A DNA stretch of 57,117 bases from Syntrophobacteria bacterium (GTDB lineage Bacteria; Desulfobacterota; Syntrophobacteria; BM002). Positions 37,528 through 48,394 of the stretch are shown here, piece by piece. The stretch covers positions 1 to 57,117 of the forward strand of contig JBFFBS010000001.1 in the NCBI GenBank assembly GCA_041560295.1, written 5' to 3'. The translations under genes were made by a program, and so were the position numbers. The notes beneath the pieces were generated by a model, which had not been told where the DNA came from, searched no databases, and saw only the letters and a program-made list of their open reading frames with translations. The number at the start of each line of letters is the position of its first letter. Position 1 is the first letter of the stretch.

Positions 37528-38096
37528 GAGAAATAAATCTTACTCCAAGTGAGATACTGGCTCGCCGCGAGTTCCTCCGGCATCTCGGTTTTTGGGCAGG
37601 GTGTCTGCTCATCTCTCTTGCTTTGATCTGGGGTTTTTACTTTTTGCAGGAACACGCCCTCTCAGCCAAGAAGCGCAAAGTGGCCGAATTGAAAAGAATG
37701 CACCTTAACTTGGGTACAAAAATCGATGAAATCAAGCTAATGCGAGCAGAATTGAATACACTCCGCCAAAAACAATCTGGACTGGAAGATATAACCTTAA
37801 ATAAACCCTATTCCAGAATATTCGCCGAATTATCTGATCTCATCAATGAACACACCTGGCTCACGCAACTGAACATCGATAGTGGTTTGGAGGAGAAAAC
37901 CGCGGCCAGTTTGAAACTGACCGGGTTTTCTTTTTCAGCAGAAGAACTTGGGAATTTTCTGGACCAGTTGTCGAGTGAACCCTTGTTCAAGACAGTAGTT
38001 TTGCAACAGGCTCGCGAGTATGAAACGGTGCAATTGAGCAAGAACACACACGCGCCAATTCGGTTAATCCAATTCAATATCGAGTGTAATATTTAG
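37518..38096 (+). CDS. pilN: PilN-like bitopic assembly protein
   Basis: 192 aa with an INL-type N-terminus (REINLTPSEILARRE), one TM segment, a coiled coil and a ferredoxin-like C-terminus. Operon position supports the call. Confidence 0.75.
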   Translation: MALREINLTPSEILARREFLRHLGFWAGCLLISLALIWGFYFLQEHALSAKKRKVAELKRMHLNLGTKIDEIKLMRAELNTLRQKQSGLEDITLNKPYSRIFAELSDLINEHTWLTQLNIDSGLEEKTAASLKLTGFSFSAEELGNFLDQLSSEPLFKTVVLQQAREYETVQLSKNTHAPIRLIQFNIECNI

Positions 38097-38101
38097 TAAA
38101 T

Positions 38102-38641
38102 ATGATCAATATCAATATTAAAAGATTGGATCAAATATGTATTGCCCTCGTAATCATTGTATCGTTGATATGTGGTTACTGGGTTATGAATCAAACTATC
38201 AAGCAAAGGTGGCAATTACGACAGGAAAACGACATTATATCCAAGACCTTAATTGAATTGAAAACGGCAGAAGAAAATTTCGAAAATTTAAATACCCTCT
38301 TGGCTGATACGAAAAGAGAATTAGAATTTCTGGATAAACGGATTCCGGAATCGGTCAATATTGGTCAGGTTCTGAAAGAAATAGATTACTTAATGAAAGA
38401 TAGAAAAATTGTATTGTTAAGCTTGCAACCACTACCACCGGTAGAGGAGAAACTGTATGTCAAGATTCCAATACGTCTGATGTTTGAGGGCTCTTTTGCC
38501 AGCATCTATCACCTGCTTTATGATCTTGAGACCATGAATCGCATGTTAGTGGCTGAAAATATGAGTATTTCCAGGCGTAACCTCGACGAAAAATGCCACG
38601 CTGAAATAACGGCCAGTGTTTATCAACGCTTGAAGGAGTAA
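38102..38641 (+). CDS. pilO: PilO-like assembly protein
   Basis: 179 aa with one TM segment, a coiled coil, and YVKIPIRLMFEGSFASIYHLLYDLETMNRML, which is typical of PilO. Confidence 0.75.
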   Translation: MININIKRLDQICIALVIIVSLICGYWVMNQTIKQRWQLRQENDIISKTLIELKTAEENFENLNTLLADTKRELEFLDKRIPESVNIGQVLKEIDYLMKDRKIVLLSLQPLPPVEEKLYVKIPIRLMFEGSFASIYHLLYDLETMNRMLVAENMSISRRNLDEKCHAEITASVYQRLKE

Positions 38642-38645
38642 GCAA

Positions 38646-39167
38646 GTGGATGACGGTGGTTCCAGGCAAAGCAAGAGCACCGGGCGAATCAAGATTTATC
38701 TGATTGTTGGCCTGGCTCTCGTACTGGCGGCATTGGTTTACCGTTACCTGCATGCAAGGGCTGCCCAGAATAGGAGCATCTCTCCGCCTCCTGCCACTGC
38801 CACAGTGTCCGAGATGCCTGAACTTCCTGATCTCTACATGGGAAGACAGCAAGAGACGCAGGTTGCACGGCCAAATATCAGAGAACTCCGAAGGTTGTTT
38901 GTGCGTGATATTTTTGCTCCTGCTAAATCTCTGCCAAAAGCCGGGCGCCCAACCATGAAGGGCCAACCTGCACAACGACAGGTGAAATCCCTGAAACTCA
39001 AGGGTGTTATTATCGGTGGGCAACACTCCATCGCCATTATTAATGACAAATTCGTTCGCACGGGTGAACGGATCGATGGATATAGAGTAGTAAGAATTGC
39101 GGAAAAAGAAGTTTTGTTGAAGTCGGGTAATAAAACCATCAAATTAAGGCTGGTTAGCAATGATTAA
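38646..39167 (+). CDS. PilP/GspC-like secretin-associated protein
   Basis: 173 aa with a GTG start, one TM segment, and the C-terminal beta domain LKLKGVIIGGQHSIAIINDKFVRTGERIDGYRVVRIAEKEVLL. Confidence 0.6.
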   Translation: MDDGGSRQSKSTGRIKIYLIVGLALVLAALVYRYLHARAAQNRSISPPPATATVSEMPELPDLYMGRQQETQVARPNIRELRRLFVRDIFAPAKSLPKAGRPTMKGQPAQRQVKSLKLKGVIIGGQHSIAIINDKFVRTGERIDGYRVVRIAEKEVLLKSGNKTIKLRLVSND

Positions 39168-40692
39168 AAAAACACCATTTCTTACCATGTTGGTTGTTAT
39201 CCTGGCCCTTGCTATCGGTCCAGTGTCGGCGCAGTCTGTAAGGGAGTCGGACCAGATCGGTGCGCGGCAGCAAGAAAAAGATGCTGTATCTACCACTGAG
39301 CAAGGGAGTGGGCAATATGTCCCCGCAATTGGGGCGAGCAAAACTGCTCAGTATAAAGCCCGTTACAGGAGATTAATAAACCTCAGCCTCATTGACACTG
39401 AAATTAGAGATGCTCTTTCCGCCCTCGCCATGGATCAGGAGATCAACATTGCCACAGCCACGGAGGTCTCGGGGAAGATCTCCGTTCACCTCTACCAGGT
39501 AACCCTGGAAAAAGCACTGCATGCCATTACCCTTGCAGGAGGATTCAGTTACCACAAACACGGTGATGTCTACTACGTTTACAAGCCCAAGAAAGCCCAG
39601 GATCCGCAGATTGACAGGCTGCAGATGCGAATCTTTCAACTCAAATATGCTGATGTTGACAAGGTCCAAGAAGTCCTTGGTGGCTTGCCGGGTATACGAA
39701 TGCTCAAGTTTCATGAGCCGTCCAAAACCATTATTATCGAGGACACCCCGGAAAACATTAAGAAAGTTGAACAAATCATTGCCCATTGGGATGCGATGCC
39801 CAAGCAGGTCATGATCGAAGCCAGAATCCTAGAGATAACTCTGACGGATGATATGGAATTAGGCGTTGAATGGGCCGCCCTATTAGGAGACGTTAGAGTT
39901 GGCACCTCGAGTTTCAGCAGATCGGTATTGCCTACAGACACGGAGGTCTCACCGGTGCCTGACACCGGCTCAGGTCTCTTTTTCAATCTCTTGACCGGTT
40001 CTGACTCCCGTCGGTTTGCGGCCGCCATCGATGCCCTGCAGGAAAAGACCAATGTCAACACCCTCTCAACTCCCAAGGTCCTGGCTATTCATGGTGAACC
40101 TGCCAAGGTGCAGGTGGGTGGACAGCAGGGCTACTCGGTGGCCACAACAAACCTGGGTGTGACAACCGAGAACATCCAGTTCATAGACACCGGTATCGTT
40201 CTGGAGATAGTTCCCTATATTGATGATGACGGCAATGTTTTGCTCAATGTGAAACCGAGCATTACTTCAGCGCAAATCGAGGGTCCATCAGGAATCCCGG
40301 TAACCAGTACCGCCTTTGTCGAGACCTGGCTGCTGGCTGCAAGCGGGGAGACTGTTCTCATCGGAGGGCTCATCCAAGATAGTATAACCAAGACTAGAAG
40401 TGAGGTCCCCTGCCTGGGAGATCTTCCCTTGCTCGGCCTTCTTTTCGGGAGCCGCGGTCGGAGTGTAGATAAGACAGAGTTGGTCGTATTAATTACACCC
40501 ACGGTGGTGGATAGAAAGAAAAAAGGCGTGGGTGAGGTTGAAGCCATCATAAGAACCGAGAAGGTTGAAGAGGAGATGAAACAAGAACCTCTGCCTCCGT
40601 ATCGGCAAATTTGGGAATTAAGCAAACCCTGGGAAAAAACAATTAATAAGCCTCAAGAGAGTATAGATCTAAACTCAAGTGAATCTCCATGA
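39160..40692 (+). CDS. Outer-membrane secretin (PilQ/GspD family)
   Basis: 510 aa with a signal peptide, N-domains, and the secretin core VLIGGLIQDSITKTRSEVPCLGDLPLLGLLFGS...LVVLITPTVV. Confidence 0.92.
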   Translation: MIKKTPFLTMLVVILALAIGPVSAQSVRESDQIGARQQEKDAVSTTEQGSGQYVPAIGASKTAQYKARYRRLINLSLIDTEIRDALSALAMDQEINIATATEVSGKISVHLYQVTLEKALHAITLAGGFSYHKHGDVYYVYKPKKAQDPQIDRLQMRIFQLKYADVDKVQEVLGGLPGIRMLKFHEPSKTIIIEDTPENIKKVEQIIAHWDAMPKQVMIEARILEITLTDDMELGVEWAALLGDVRVGTSSFSRSVLPTDTEVSPVPDTGSGLFFNLLTGSDSRRFAAAIDALQEKTNVNTLSTPKVLAIHGEPAKVQVGGQQGYSVATTNLGVTTENIQFIDTGIVLEIVPYIDDDGNVLLNVKPSITSAQIEGPSGIPVTSTAFVETWLLAASGETVLIGGLIQDSITKTRSEVPCLGDLPLLGLLFGSRGRSVDKTELVVLITPTVVDRKKKGVGEVEAIIRTEKVEEEMKQEPLPPYRQIWELSKPWEKTINKPQESIDLNSSESP

Positions 40693-40803
40693 TCGGCCTC
40701 TGCCCGGTGAAGCGGAAGAAATGTGGCAACAAAGAATCCGGGGTTGGAAGACGTGGTGGAGTAAGGCGAACTTATGAAATTTCAAACTCCAAGCACCAAA
40801 TAT

Positions 40804-40881
40804 CAGGGGCTCAGGTGTCAGGTGTCAGAAAAAAGAAACATAGAGGTTGAAATCTGAACACTGAAACCTCAGTCTTTGTGA
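40804..40881. repeat. Heptamer-arm hairpin (ggtgtca/ctgaaac family), copy 2
   Basis: caggggctcaggtgtcaggtgtcag...ttgaaatctgaacactgaaacctcagtctttgtga. It is a direct repeat of 35924..35997. Confidence 0.8.
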
Positions 40882-41042
40882 TTTGGAATTTCTATTTTTC
40901 GAATACTCCCGTACTCCAAAACCTCTGGACATCTTTACCGGTAAAACCATTGAACTTTTAGCTGACCCTGAGGAACAGGTTTTCTGTGACTAAATAGAGG
41001 AAAAGTTCCCCACATTGACTCTGGGATCGACGCGCTTTGAAT

Positions 41043-41951
41043 ATGGATATTGGAAACCGAGCTCAACAATCTGTTCTCTCTGTTGATGACGACGCGGAAC
41101 TGCGAGAACTGCTCCACGAATTGATTGGTCAGATGGGGCACGCCAGTGTGGTAGCAGCTGATGGCCTTGATGCCCTGGAGAAGATGGAGGAGCAACAGTT
41201 CGACATTGTCATTACCGATATCAATATGCCGCGTTTGAACGGAGTAGGGTTGATCAAGAGGATTGCCTCTGATTACACCGACACCGATGTCATTGCCATT
41301 ACCGGGTACCAAACGGAATATAACTACACCGACATTATTGCCCTTGGTGCGAGTGACTTCATCTCCAAACCAATTAACATAGACGAGTTCGAGGCGAAGA
41401 TAAAACGGGTTGTACGCGAACGAAATATGCGTTTTGAGCTGAGACGACTTTCCACCTGCGATGCCCTCACAGGACTCTACAATCGCAGACATCTGGACGA
41501 AAATCTACCGAACGAGGCTATCCGCGCTTCCCGACAGCATTATGATCTTTATCTGCTCCTCATCGACATCGACAACTTCAAGGTGTACAACGACAAATAC
41601 GGCCACCAGCAGGGGGACAGGTTACTCAAGGAACTGGCCCAGATAATAACACGGAGCATCCGTGAGAATGTAGACTCGGGTTACCGCTATGGCGGTGATG
41701 AGTTTGCGGCCACCATTCTGCACGCTAACCCACAGCAGGCATTGATGGTGGCGGAGAGGCTTCGAGCCGAATACAACGCAAAAAACCTGGTGCCGACCAG
41801 CCTAAGCATCGGCATAGCCAAATTGAAGAATTCCTACAGCACGCTGGAAGAAGACCTGGATGGACTGATCAGAGAGGCCGACCAGGCCCTCTATCTGGCA
41901 AAAAATAACGGCGGCGACCAGAACGTAATGCTAGAGCTCGGCTCGTCGTAA
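41043..41951 (+). CDS. Response regulator with a GGDEF diguanylate cyclase output
   Basis: The receiver has VLSVDDD...DIVITDINMPRLNG. The GGDEF domain has LTGLYNRRHL...RYGGDEFAATI and a complete GGDEF active site. Confidence 0.92.
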   Translation: MDIGNRAQQSVLSVDDDAELRELLHELIGQMGHASVVAADGLDALEKMEEQQFDIVITDINMPRLNGVGLIKRIASDYTDTDVIAITGYQTEYNYTDIIALGASDFISKPINIDEFEAKIKRVVRERNMRFELRRLSTCDALTGLYNRRHLDENLPNEAIRASRQHYDLYLLLIDIDNFKVYNDKYGHQQGDRLLKELAQIITRSIRENVDSGYRYGGDEFAATILHANPQQALMVAERLRAEYNAKNLVPTSLSIGIAKLKNSYSTLEEDLDGLIREADQALYLAKNNGGDQNVMLELGSS

Positions 41952-42012
41952 CCAGCCCTCAGAGAAAACTCTAACCCTCCATCCCGGGCAACCTCATATT
42001 TCACATTTATTT

Positions 42013-42266
42013 CTCACAGAGATCACAGGGCACTCAGAGAGCTCTCTAACACAAAAGTAGTGAGGCTTATTCAGCCTATAGGAGAGGATCGCTTAAAGCT
42101 TAATGGAGAGGGCCTGAGGTCAAGATCAAGCTTGCTTCTTCTTGGCCTCAGGCCCTTTCCATTTGTCCCGATGGAAGATCGGGACGCCCTGCTTTGCAGG
42201 GCCTTTAAACGACCCTACTACATCCACTACCATCTCTTTCTCTGAGCCCTCTGAGGACTTGAGAGC
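42013..42266. repeat. Heptamer-arm inverted repeat enclosing a multi-hairpin region
   Basis: The arms are ctcacagagatcacagggcactcagagagctctc and ctctgagccctctgaggacttgagagc. Inside are three stems: gggcctgagg..cctcaggccc, tcccgat-ggaa-gatcggga and gccctgc-ttt-gcagggc. Confidence 0.5.
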
Positions 42267-42310
42267 CCGCAGGGCTCGGGCGAGAGTTCCCTGTTGCGAG
42301 AGCAGGCCAT

Positions 42311-42946
42311 ATGGTTTACAATCCACGAATTGTCAGCATTATTCGGAGCTCACCCATCATGCTGGAGAGAATACGCCACAACCTAACTTTTGAAACCCAA
42401 GAAGCATCGAGGCCAGAAAACCTGACTCCTGCCGCGGTGCTCTTTCCCCTGCTGCTCAAAGAGAACAACCTGCACGTTCTTTTTACCAAAAGGACTCAGA
42501 CAGTCAAAGCCCACAAGGGTCAAGTTTCCTTTCCCGGTGGGATTCGCGATCCCCATGATGAGAACCTGCTGGCAACCGCGTTGAGAGAAGCGCAAGAAGA
42601 AATTGATTTAAAGCCTGAAGATGTAGAGATCCTGGGGGTACTGGACCCTATTACCACGGTAACAACCAGTTTTCTGATCTATACCTTCGTGGGGTTCATC
42701 CCTTATCCTTATCCTTTTCAGCCTAACAGCCGCGAAGTTGCCGAGATTCTCTTTGTTCCTCTGGATTTTCTGGCCAATGATGAACATTGGTCCCACCGCT
42801 CCTACGATACCGAAAATCAACGATTTCGGGCCTACTTTGTTTCCTACGGGAACTACCGCATTTGGGGCGCTACCGCCCGAATCCTCAAAATTTTCTTTGA
42901 AAAAAACGGCATTGAAATGAACATCAAAGCGGCGATGGAAAGTTAG
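42311..42946 (+). CDS. NUDIX hydrolase (CoA pyrophosphatase-like)
   Basis: The Nudix box is GGIRDPHDENLLATALREAQEEIDL, preceded by AAVLFPLL...LFTKRT, as in NudL-type enzymes. The start may be the internal ATG near 42359. Confidence 0.85.
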   Translation: MVYNPRIVSIIRSSPIMLERIRHNLTFETQEASRPENLTPAAVLFPLLLKENNLHVLFTKRTQTVKAHKGQVSFPGGIRDPHDENLLATALREAQEEIDLKPEDVEILGVLDPITTVTTSFLIYTFVGFIPYPYPFQPNSREVAEILFVPLDFLANDEHWSHRSYDTENQRFRAYFVSYGNYRIWGATARILKIFFEKNGIEMNIKAAMES

Positions 42947-43283
42947 CCTGATCCCTTTGTTGTCGGATCAACCCCGCTTGTTGCGGGAACGATCCGACCT
43001 ACGCGTAACCCGGATATCCGACTTCCTTGCCACAACATAAACGACGATTGATAACCAGATCACTATATGTATGGTTTGTCTTCATTGACCCACACTCCCC
43101 ACTTCTTCAGGCATTTTCCACTTTCTGCAAATATTCTCTTGCGTTTGAAATCAACTTATGTATAATGCCTCTATTCATGCACTTTTACGGGGGGTCCCTC
43201 TGTCCAGCCGCGACAGGAGCGGGTTTACAGGGCATTGGGGGTGGGACCAACCAAAAGCTTATTGACAAAAAGAGGAGGAATTT

Positions 43284-43556
43284 ATGACCAAGGCAGATCT
43301 CGTAGCAAAAATGGCAGATAGTGCCGGGATCACCAAAGCTGCTGCAGAAAAAGCTCTGGCCGGCTTCTTAGGGGGAGTAACCGACGCACTGAAGAAAGGT
43401 GGCAAGGTCACCCTGGTGGGCTTCGGCACTTTCAGTGTAGCAAAGAGAGCTGCTCGGGAGGGAAGAAATCCCCAGACCGGCAAAAAGATTAAGATCAAGG
43501 CTACCAAGGTCGTCAAATTCAAGGCCGGCAGCAAGCTCAAGGGAATGGTCAAATAG
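43284..43556 (+). CDS. hup: HU family DNA-binding protein
   Basis: 90 aa: [25 protein letters not shown]...[32 protein letters not shown] precedes the ATG. Confidence 0.95.
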   Translation: MTKADLVAKMADSAGITKAAAEKALAGFLGGVTDALKKGGKVTLVGFGTFSVAKRAAREGRNPQTGKKIKIKATKVVKFKAGSKLKGMVK

Positions 43557-43639
43557 ATAACCTCATGACCACTTCAGCCTTGGCTTTGTGGTAGCGGCAA
43601 CAAGTCTGACGAAAATACAAGAGTATTTATCCTGTCAAT

Positions 43640-43698
43640 AAGCGGAGCAAGATGGTCCTGTTTGGGACGTGACCATCCTGCTCCGCTTATCTTTTTTT
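43640..43698 (+). terminator. Rho-independent terminator downstream of hup
   Basis: aagcggagcaagatggtc...gaccatcctgctccgctt forms a stem of about 17 bp and is followed by a T-run (tatcttttttt). Confidence 0.8.
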
Positions 43699-43715
43699 GC
43701 AGCAAGATGTATAAG

Positions 43716-43972
43716 GTCACAAAGCAGAGTGGCTGCCATCAAATTCGAAATCCTAAATCCGAAGTACGAAACAAATCCGAAATACAAATGTTCAAATGTT
43801 CAAAACAACTTGACACGCAAAAAATGTTGTTCAATTAAATGTTTGGATCATTTGCATTTTGGAAATTTGAATTTGTTTGGATTTCTCCTTCGGAGTCCCC
43901 ACCCTTCGGGCGGGGCCCCAGTTTCGATATTCGGATTTCGGATTTATTCTGTACTGTGATTTCTGTGATAAC
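43716..43972. repeat. Nested hairpin element, cgaaatccgaa family, with the GC hairpin module in inverted orientation
   Basis: aaattcgaaatcctaaatccgaagtacgaaacaaatccgaaa...caaatgttcaaa...ctccttcggagtccccacccttcgggcggggccccagtttcgatattcggatttcggattt. The outer arms are tcacaaagcagag and ctgtactgtgatttctgtga. Confidence 0.8.
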
Positions 43973-44007
43973 CTCCCCTTTTGACTATTTAACCTGGTTT
44001 TTTCAAC

Positions 44008-44763
44008 ATGATGGACGAACAAGACAGGGTCGTGATCGAATCTCGTAAGGGGTCCAAAGAAAAGGACTGCGAACCGATTGCTATCATGGTTTCCTCCGAA
44101 GCAGATCACCGTCGATTTTGCCGCCTGACAACCCCCGTTGCAGACAGAGCACGCACAGCTTATAACGCTCGTCTGTTGGACGTGGTCCATGCTAACCGTT
44201 CCATTACCATCGCAGGCCCCATCCTTGGTGCCCCGCAGGCCGTCCTTGTCCTCGAAAAGCTGATCGCCCTCGGAAGCCGGGTAATTATTGTCTTTGGCTG
44301 GTGTGGGTCCCTGCAATCAGACCTTACAATTGGGGATTGGCTTTTGCCCAGCTCAGCTCGCAGTGAAGAAGGAACATCTTCCCACTATCCGATGAACGCA
44401 GCGAATTTTCTTCCGGACACCGACTTGTTTGGGAGCCTTCAAGACTACTGCGTGCAAAACGGGTTCTCCGTTCGTTCAGGACCAATCTGGACCACCGACG
44501 CTCCATTACGGGAAACCGTGGACAAAGTGAGCGGTTATGGAGAAGAGGGAATCTTGGCAGTGGAAATGGAGATGTCAGCCCTTTTTCATGTGGCCGCATA
44601 CAGAAAAGTACGGTTGGCTGGGCTGTTGGTGGTCTCAGATGAACTTTTTACCCTAAAATGGAGACCCGGCTTCCGCAGCACCGGTTTTAACCGAGCCTGC
44701 CGCCAAGCTAGTGAAGCTCTCCTCGACTTCTGCTCCAGCCTTTCTTCCTCTTTCCTTGTCTAA
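44008..44763 (+). CDS. Nucleoside phosphorylase family protein (PNP/UDP-1 fold)
   Basis: 251 aa with ITIAGPILGAPQAVLVLEKLIALG...FGWCGSL...AVEMEMSALF, as in uridine/purine nucleoside phosphorylases. Confidence 0.8.
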   Translation: MMDEQDRVVIESRKGSKEKDCEPIAIMVSSEADHRRFCRLTTPVADRARTAYNARLLDVVHANRSITIAGPILGAPQAVLVLEKLIALGSRVIIVFGWCGSLQSDLTIGDWLLPSSARSEEGTSSHYPMNAANFLPDTDLFGSLQDYCVQNGFSVRSGPIWTTDAPLRETVDKVSGYGEEGILAVEMEMSALFHVAAYRKVRLAGLLVVSDELFTLKWRPGFRSTGFNRACRQASEALLDFCSSLSSSFLV

Positions 44764-44806
44764 AGAAGCCTCCTGTTGCATAATACCGACATGGTGTTTT
44801 CCAGCG

Positions 44807-44886
44807 GACAGCTGGCAGCTAGCAGCTGGCAGATTCAATAAAGTACTTTTTTGTGCTGTCTGCTGCCTGCCGCCCACTGCCTGCTG
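44807..44886. repeat. Heptamer-arm hairpin (cagctgg family)
   Basis: Left arm gacagctggcagctagcagctggcag; right arm ctgtctgctgcctgccgcccactgcctgctg. Confidence 0.8.
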
Positions 44887-44904
44887 TTTTCGAAGGGTTT
44901 ATCC

Positions 44905-45960
44905 ATGTCTCTTGTGAACAGCCGGAGTAAAGAACCGAGGCCCACTCTCGCTATAGACGTCGGTGGTGGCACCCAGGACATTCTCCTTTGGCAGCCAGAC
45001 ACCCCCATAGAGAACTGCGTTAAGCTGGTATTGCCGTCCCAGACAGTGGTGGTGGCAAATCGTATCCGTCGTTGTACCTCGCAGTCCGTTCCTATTTTTC
45101 TCACCGGTAACCTAATGGGCGGCGGCGCCTGTGTTGGGGCCCTCCAGATGCACTTACAAGCCGGACATCCTGTATACGCTGAAGTAGGGGCGGCACTGAC
45201 CATCTACGACAACCTGGATCGCGTCAGAGATTTGGGAGTGACCCTGGTGGAGGAGCCCCCACCTGATGCGCATCCGGTGATAATGGGGGACGTGGACCAT
45301 GCAGCCCTGGCCGAGGCCCTTGCCCCTTTCGAAGTTGAACTCCCGGACTCATATGCAGTGGCTGTCCAGGACCATGGTTTCTCGCCGCACGGGAGCAACC
45401 GCTTGTTCCGCTTCCAGCAATGGCGCGATTTCCTGGGTCGAGGTGGCAGATTGGATCAGCTCTGGTATGAGGAACCGCCAGACTATCTGACCAGAATGCA
45501 AGCTGTACAGCGAGACTTACCCGGCGCCCTGGTAATGGACACCGGCGCCGCTGCCATCCTCGGTGCCCTTTGCGATCCAACAGCCGCGGACAAGACCCAA
45601 GAAGGGTTGGTGGTTCTCAACCTGGGCAATCAGCATGCAGTAGCCTCGCTGGTACTTGACTCGAAAATCGTTGGTATCTATGAGCACCACACTGGTTGCC
45701 TCACGGTTGACAAGCTTCGTGATCACCTGGTCCGTTTTCGTCAAGGTACACTCAGTGATCGGGAGGTGTTCGACGACCAAGGGCACGGTTGCGTCACCCT
45801 TCCCGAAGTCGAAAATATGAGCGCTTTTTCAACTGTAGTGGTAACCGGTCCCCAACGTCATCTGGCAAAGAGTTTGGGCTATTATTTCGCCGTGCCCTAT
45901 GGCGACATGATGCTCTCAGGCTGTTTCGGCCTGATACGCGCGGCAACTGGGGCTATTTAG
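44905..45960 (+). CDS. ASKHA-fold protein, DUF1786-like (family assigned from memory)
   Basis: MSLVNSRSKEPRPTLAIDVGGGTQDILLW is an actin-like ATPase phosphate-1 motif. The ATG at 44905 is preferred because the track ORF start at 44851 lies inside the hairpin arm. Confidence 0.7.
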   Translation: MSLVNSRSKEPRPTLAIDVGGGTQDILLWQPDTPIENCVKLVLPSQTVVVANRIRRCTSQSVPIFLTGNLMGGGACVGALQMHLQAGHPVYAEVGAALTIYDNLDRVRDLGVTLVEEPPPDAHPVIMGDVDHAALAEALAPFEVELPDSYAVAVQDHGFSPHGSNRLFRFQQWRDFLGRGGRLDQLWYEEPPDYLTRMQAVQRDLPGALVMDTGAAAILGALCDPTAADKTQEGLVVLNLGNQHAVASLVLDSKIVGIYEHHTGCLTVDKLRDHLVRFRQGTLSDREVFDDQGHGCVTLPEVENMSAFSTVVVTGPQRHLAKSLGYYFAVPYGDMMLSGCFGLIRAATGAI

Positions 45961-45975
45961 CTTCGCTCCAGAGCT

Positions 45976-46154
45976 AACTAGGCACTAGGAACTATGCACT
46001 AGGCACAAAATAATTTCTCAATTCGCATTGCATATTTCTCATTTATCATTGCGTGTCTGGCAGCCATGTCATCTCAAATCTTTTACTCATTCTTCAATTA
46101 CAAATGTGAAATGAGAAATGAGAAATTTGAAATGTCCTTAGTGCCTAGTGTTAG
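45976..46154. repeat. Two-tier heptamer-arm hairpin (cactagg outer arms, atttctc inner arms)
   Basis: Outer arms: aactaggcactaggaactatgcactaggcac and ccttagtgcctagtgttag. Inner arms: aatttctcaattcgcattgcatatttctcatttatc and aaatgtgaaatgagaaatgagaaatttgaaatg. Confidence 0.8.
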
Positions 46155-48224
<2,070 letters not shown>

Positions 48225-48260
48225 GTTAAAATTGCTACGCTAACTAGCGCAACACGAAGG

Positions 48261-48344
48261 TTTTAACTAGGAACTAGGCAGTAAGCACTAGGCACTATTT
48301 ATCCGTCCGTCTGGTAGTTCTTAGTTCCTAGTGCCTAGTTAAAA
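48261..48344. repeat. Heptamer-arm hairpin (cactagg family)
   Basis: Left arm ttttaactaggaactaggcagtaagcactaggcac; right arm gtagttcttagttcctagtgcctagttaaaa. Confidence 0.85.
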
Positions 48345-48394
48345 TGGGTGTAGCCTATTCCGCCAGGTTCTGCTGACCTAAGGAGGGACTTCAC

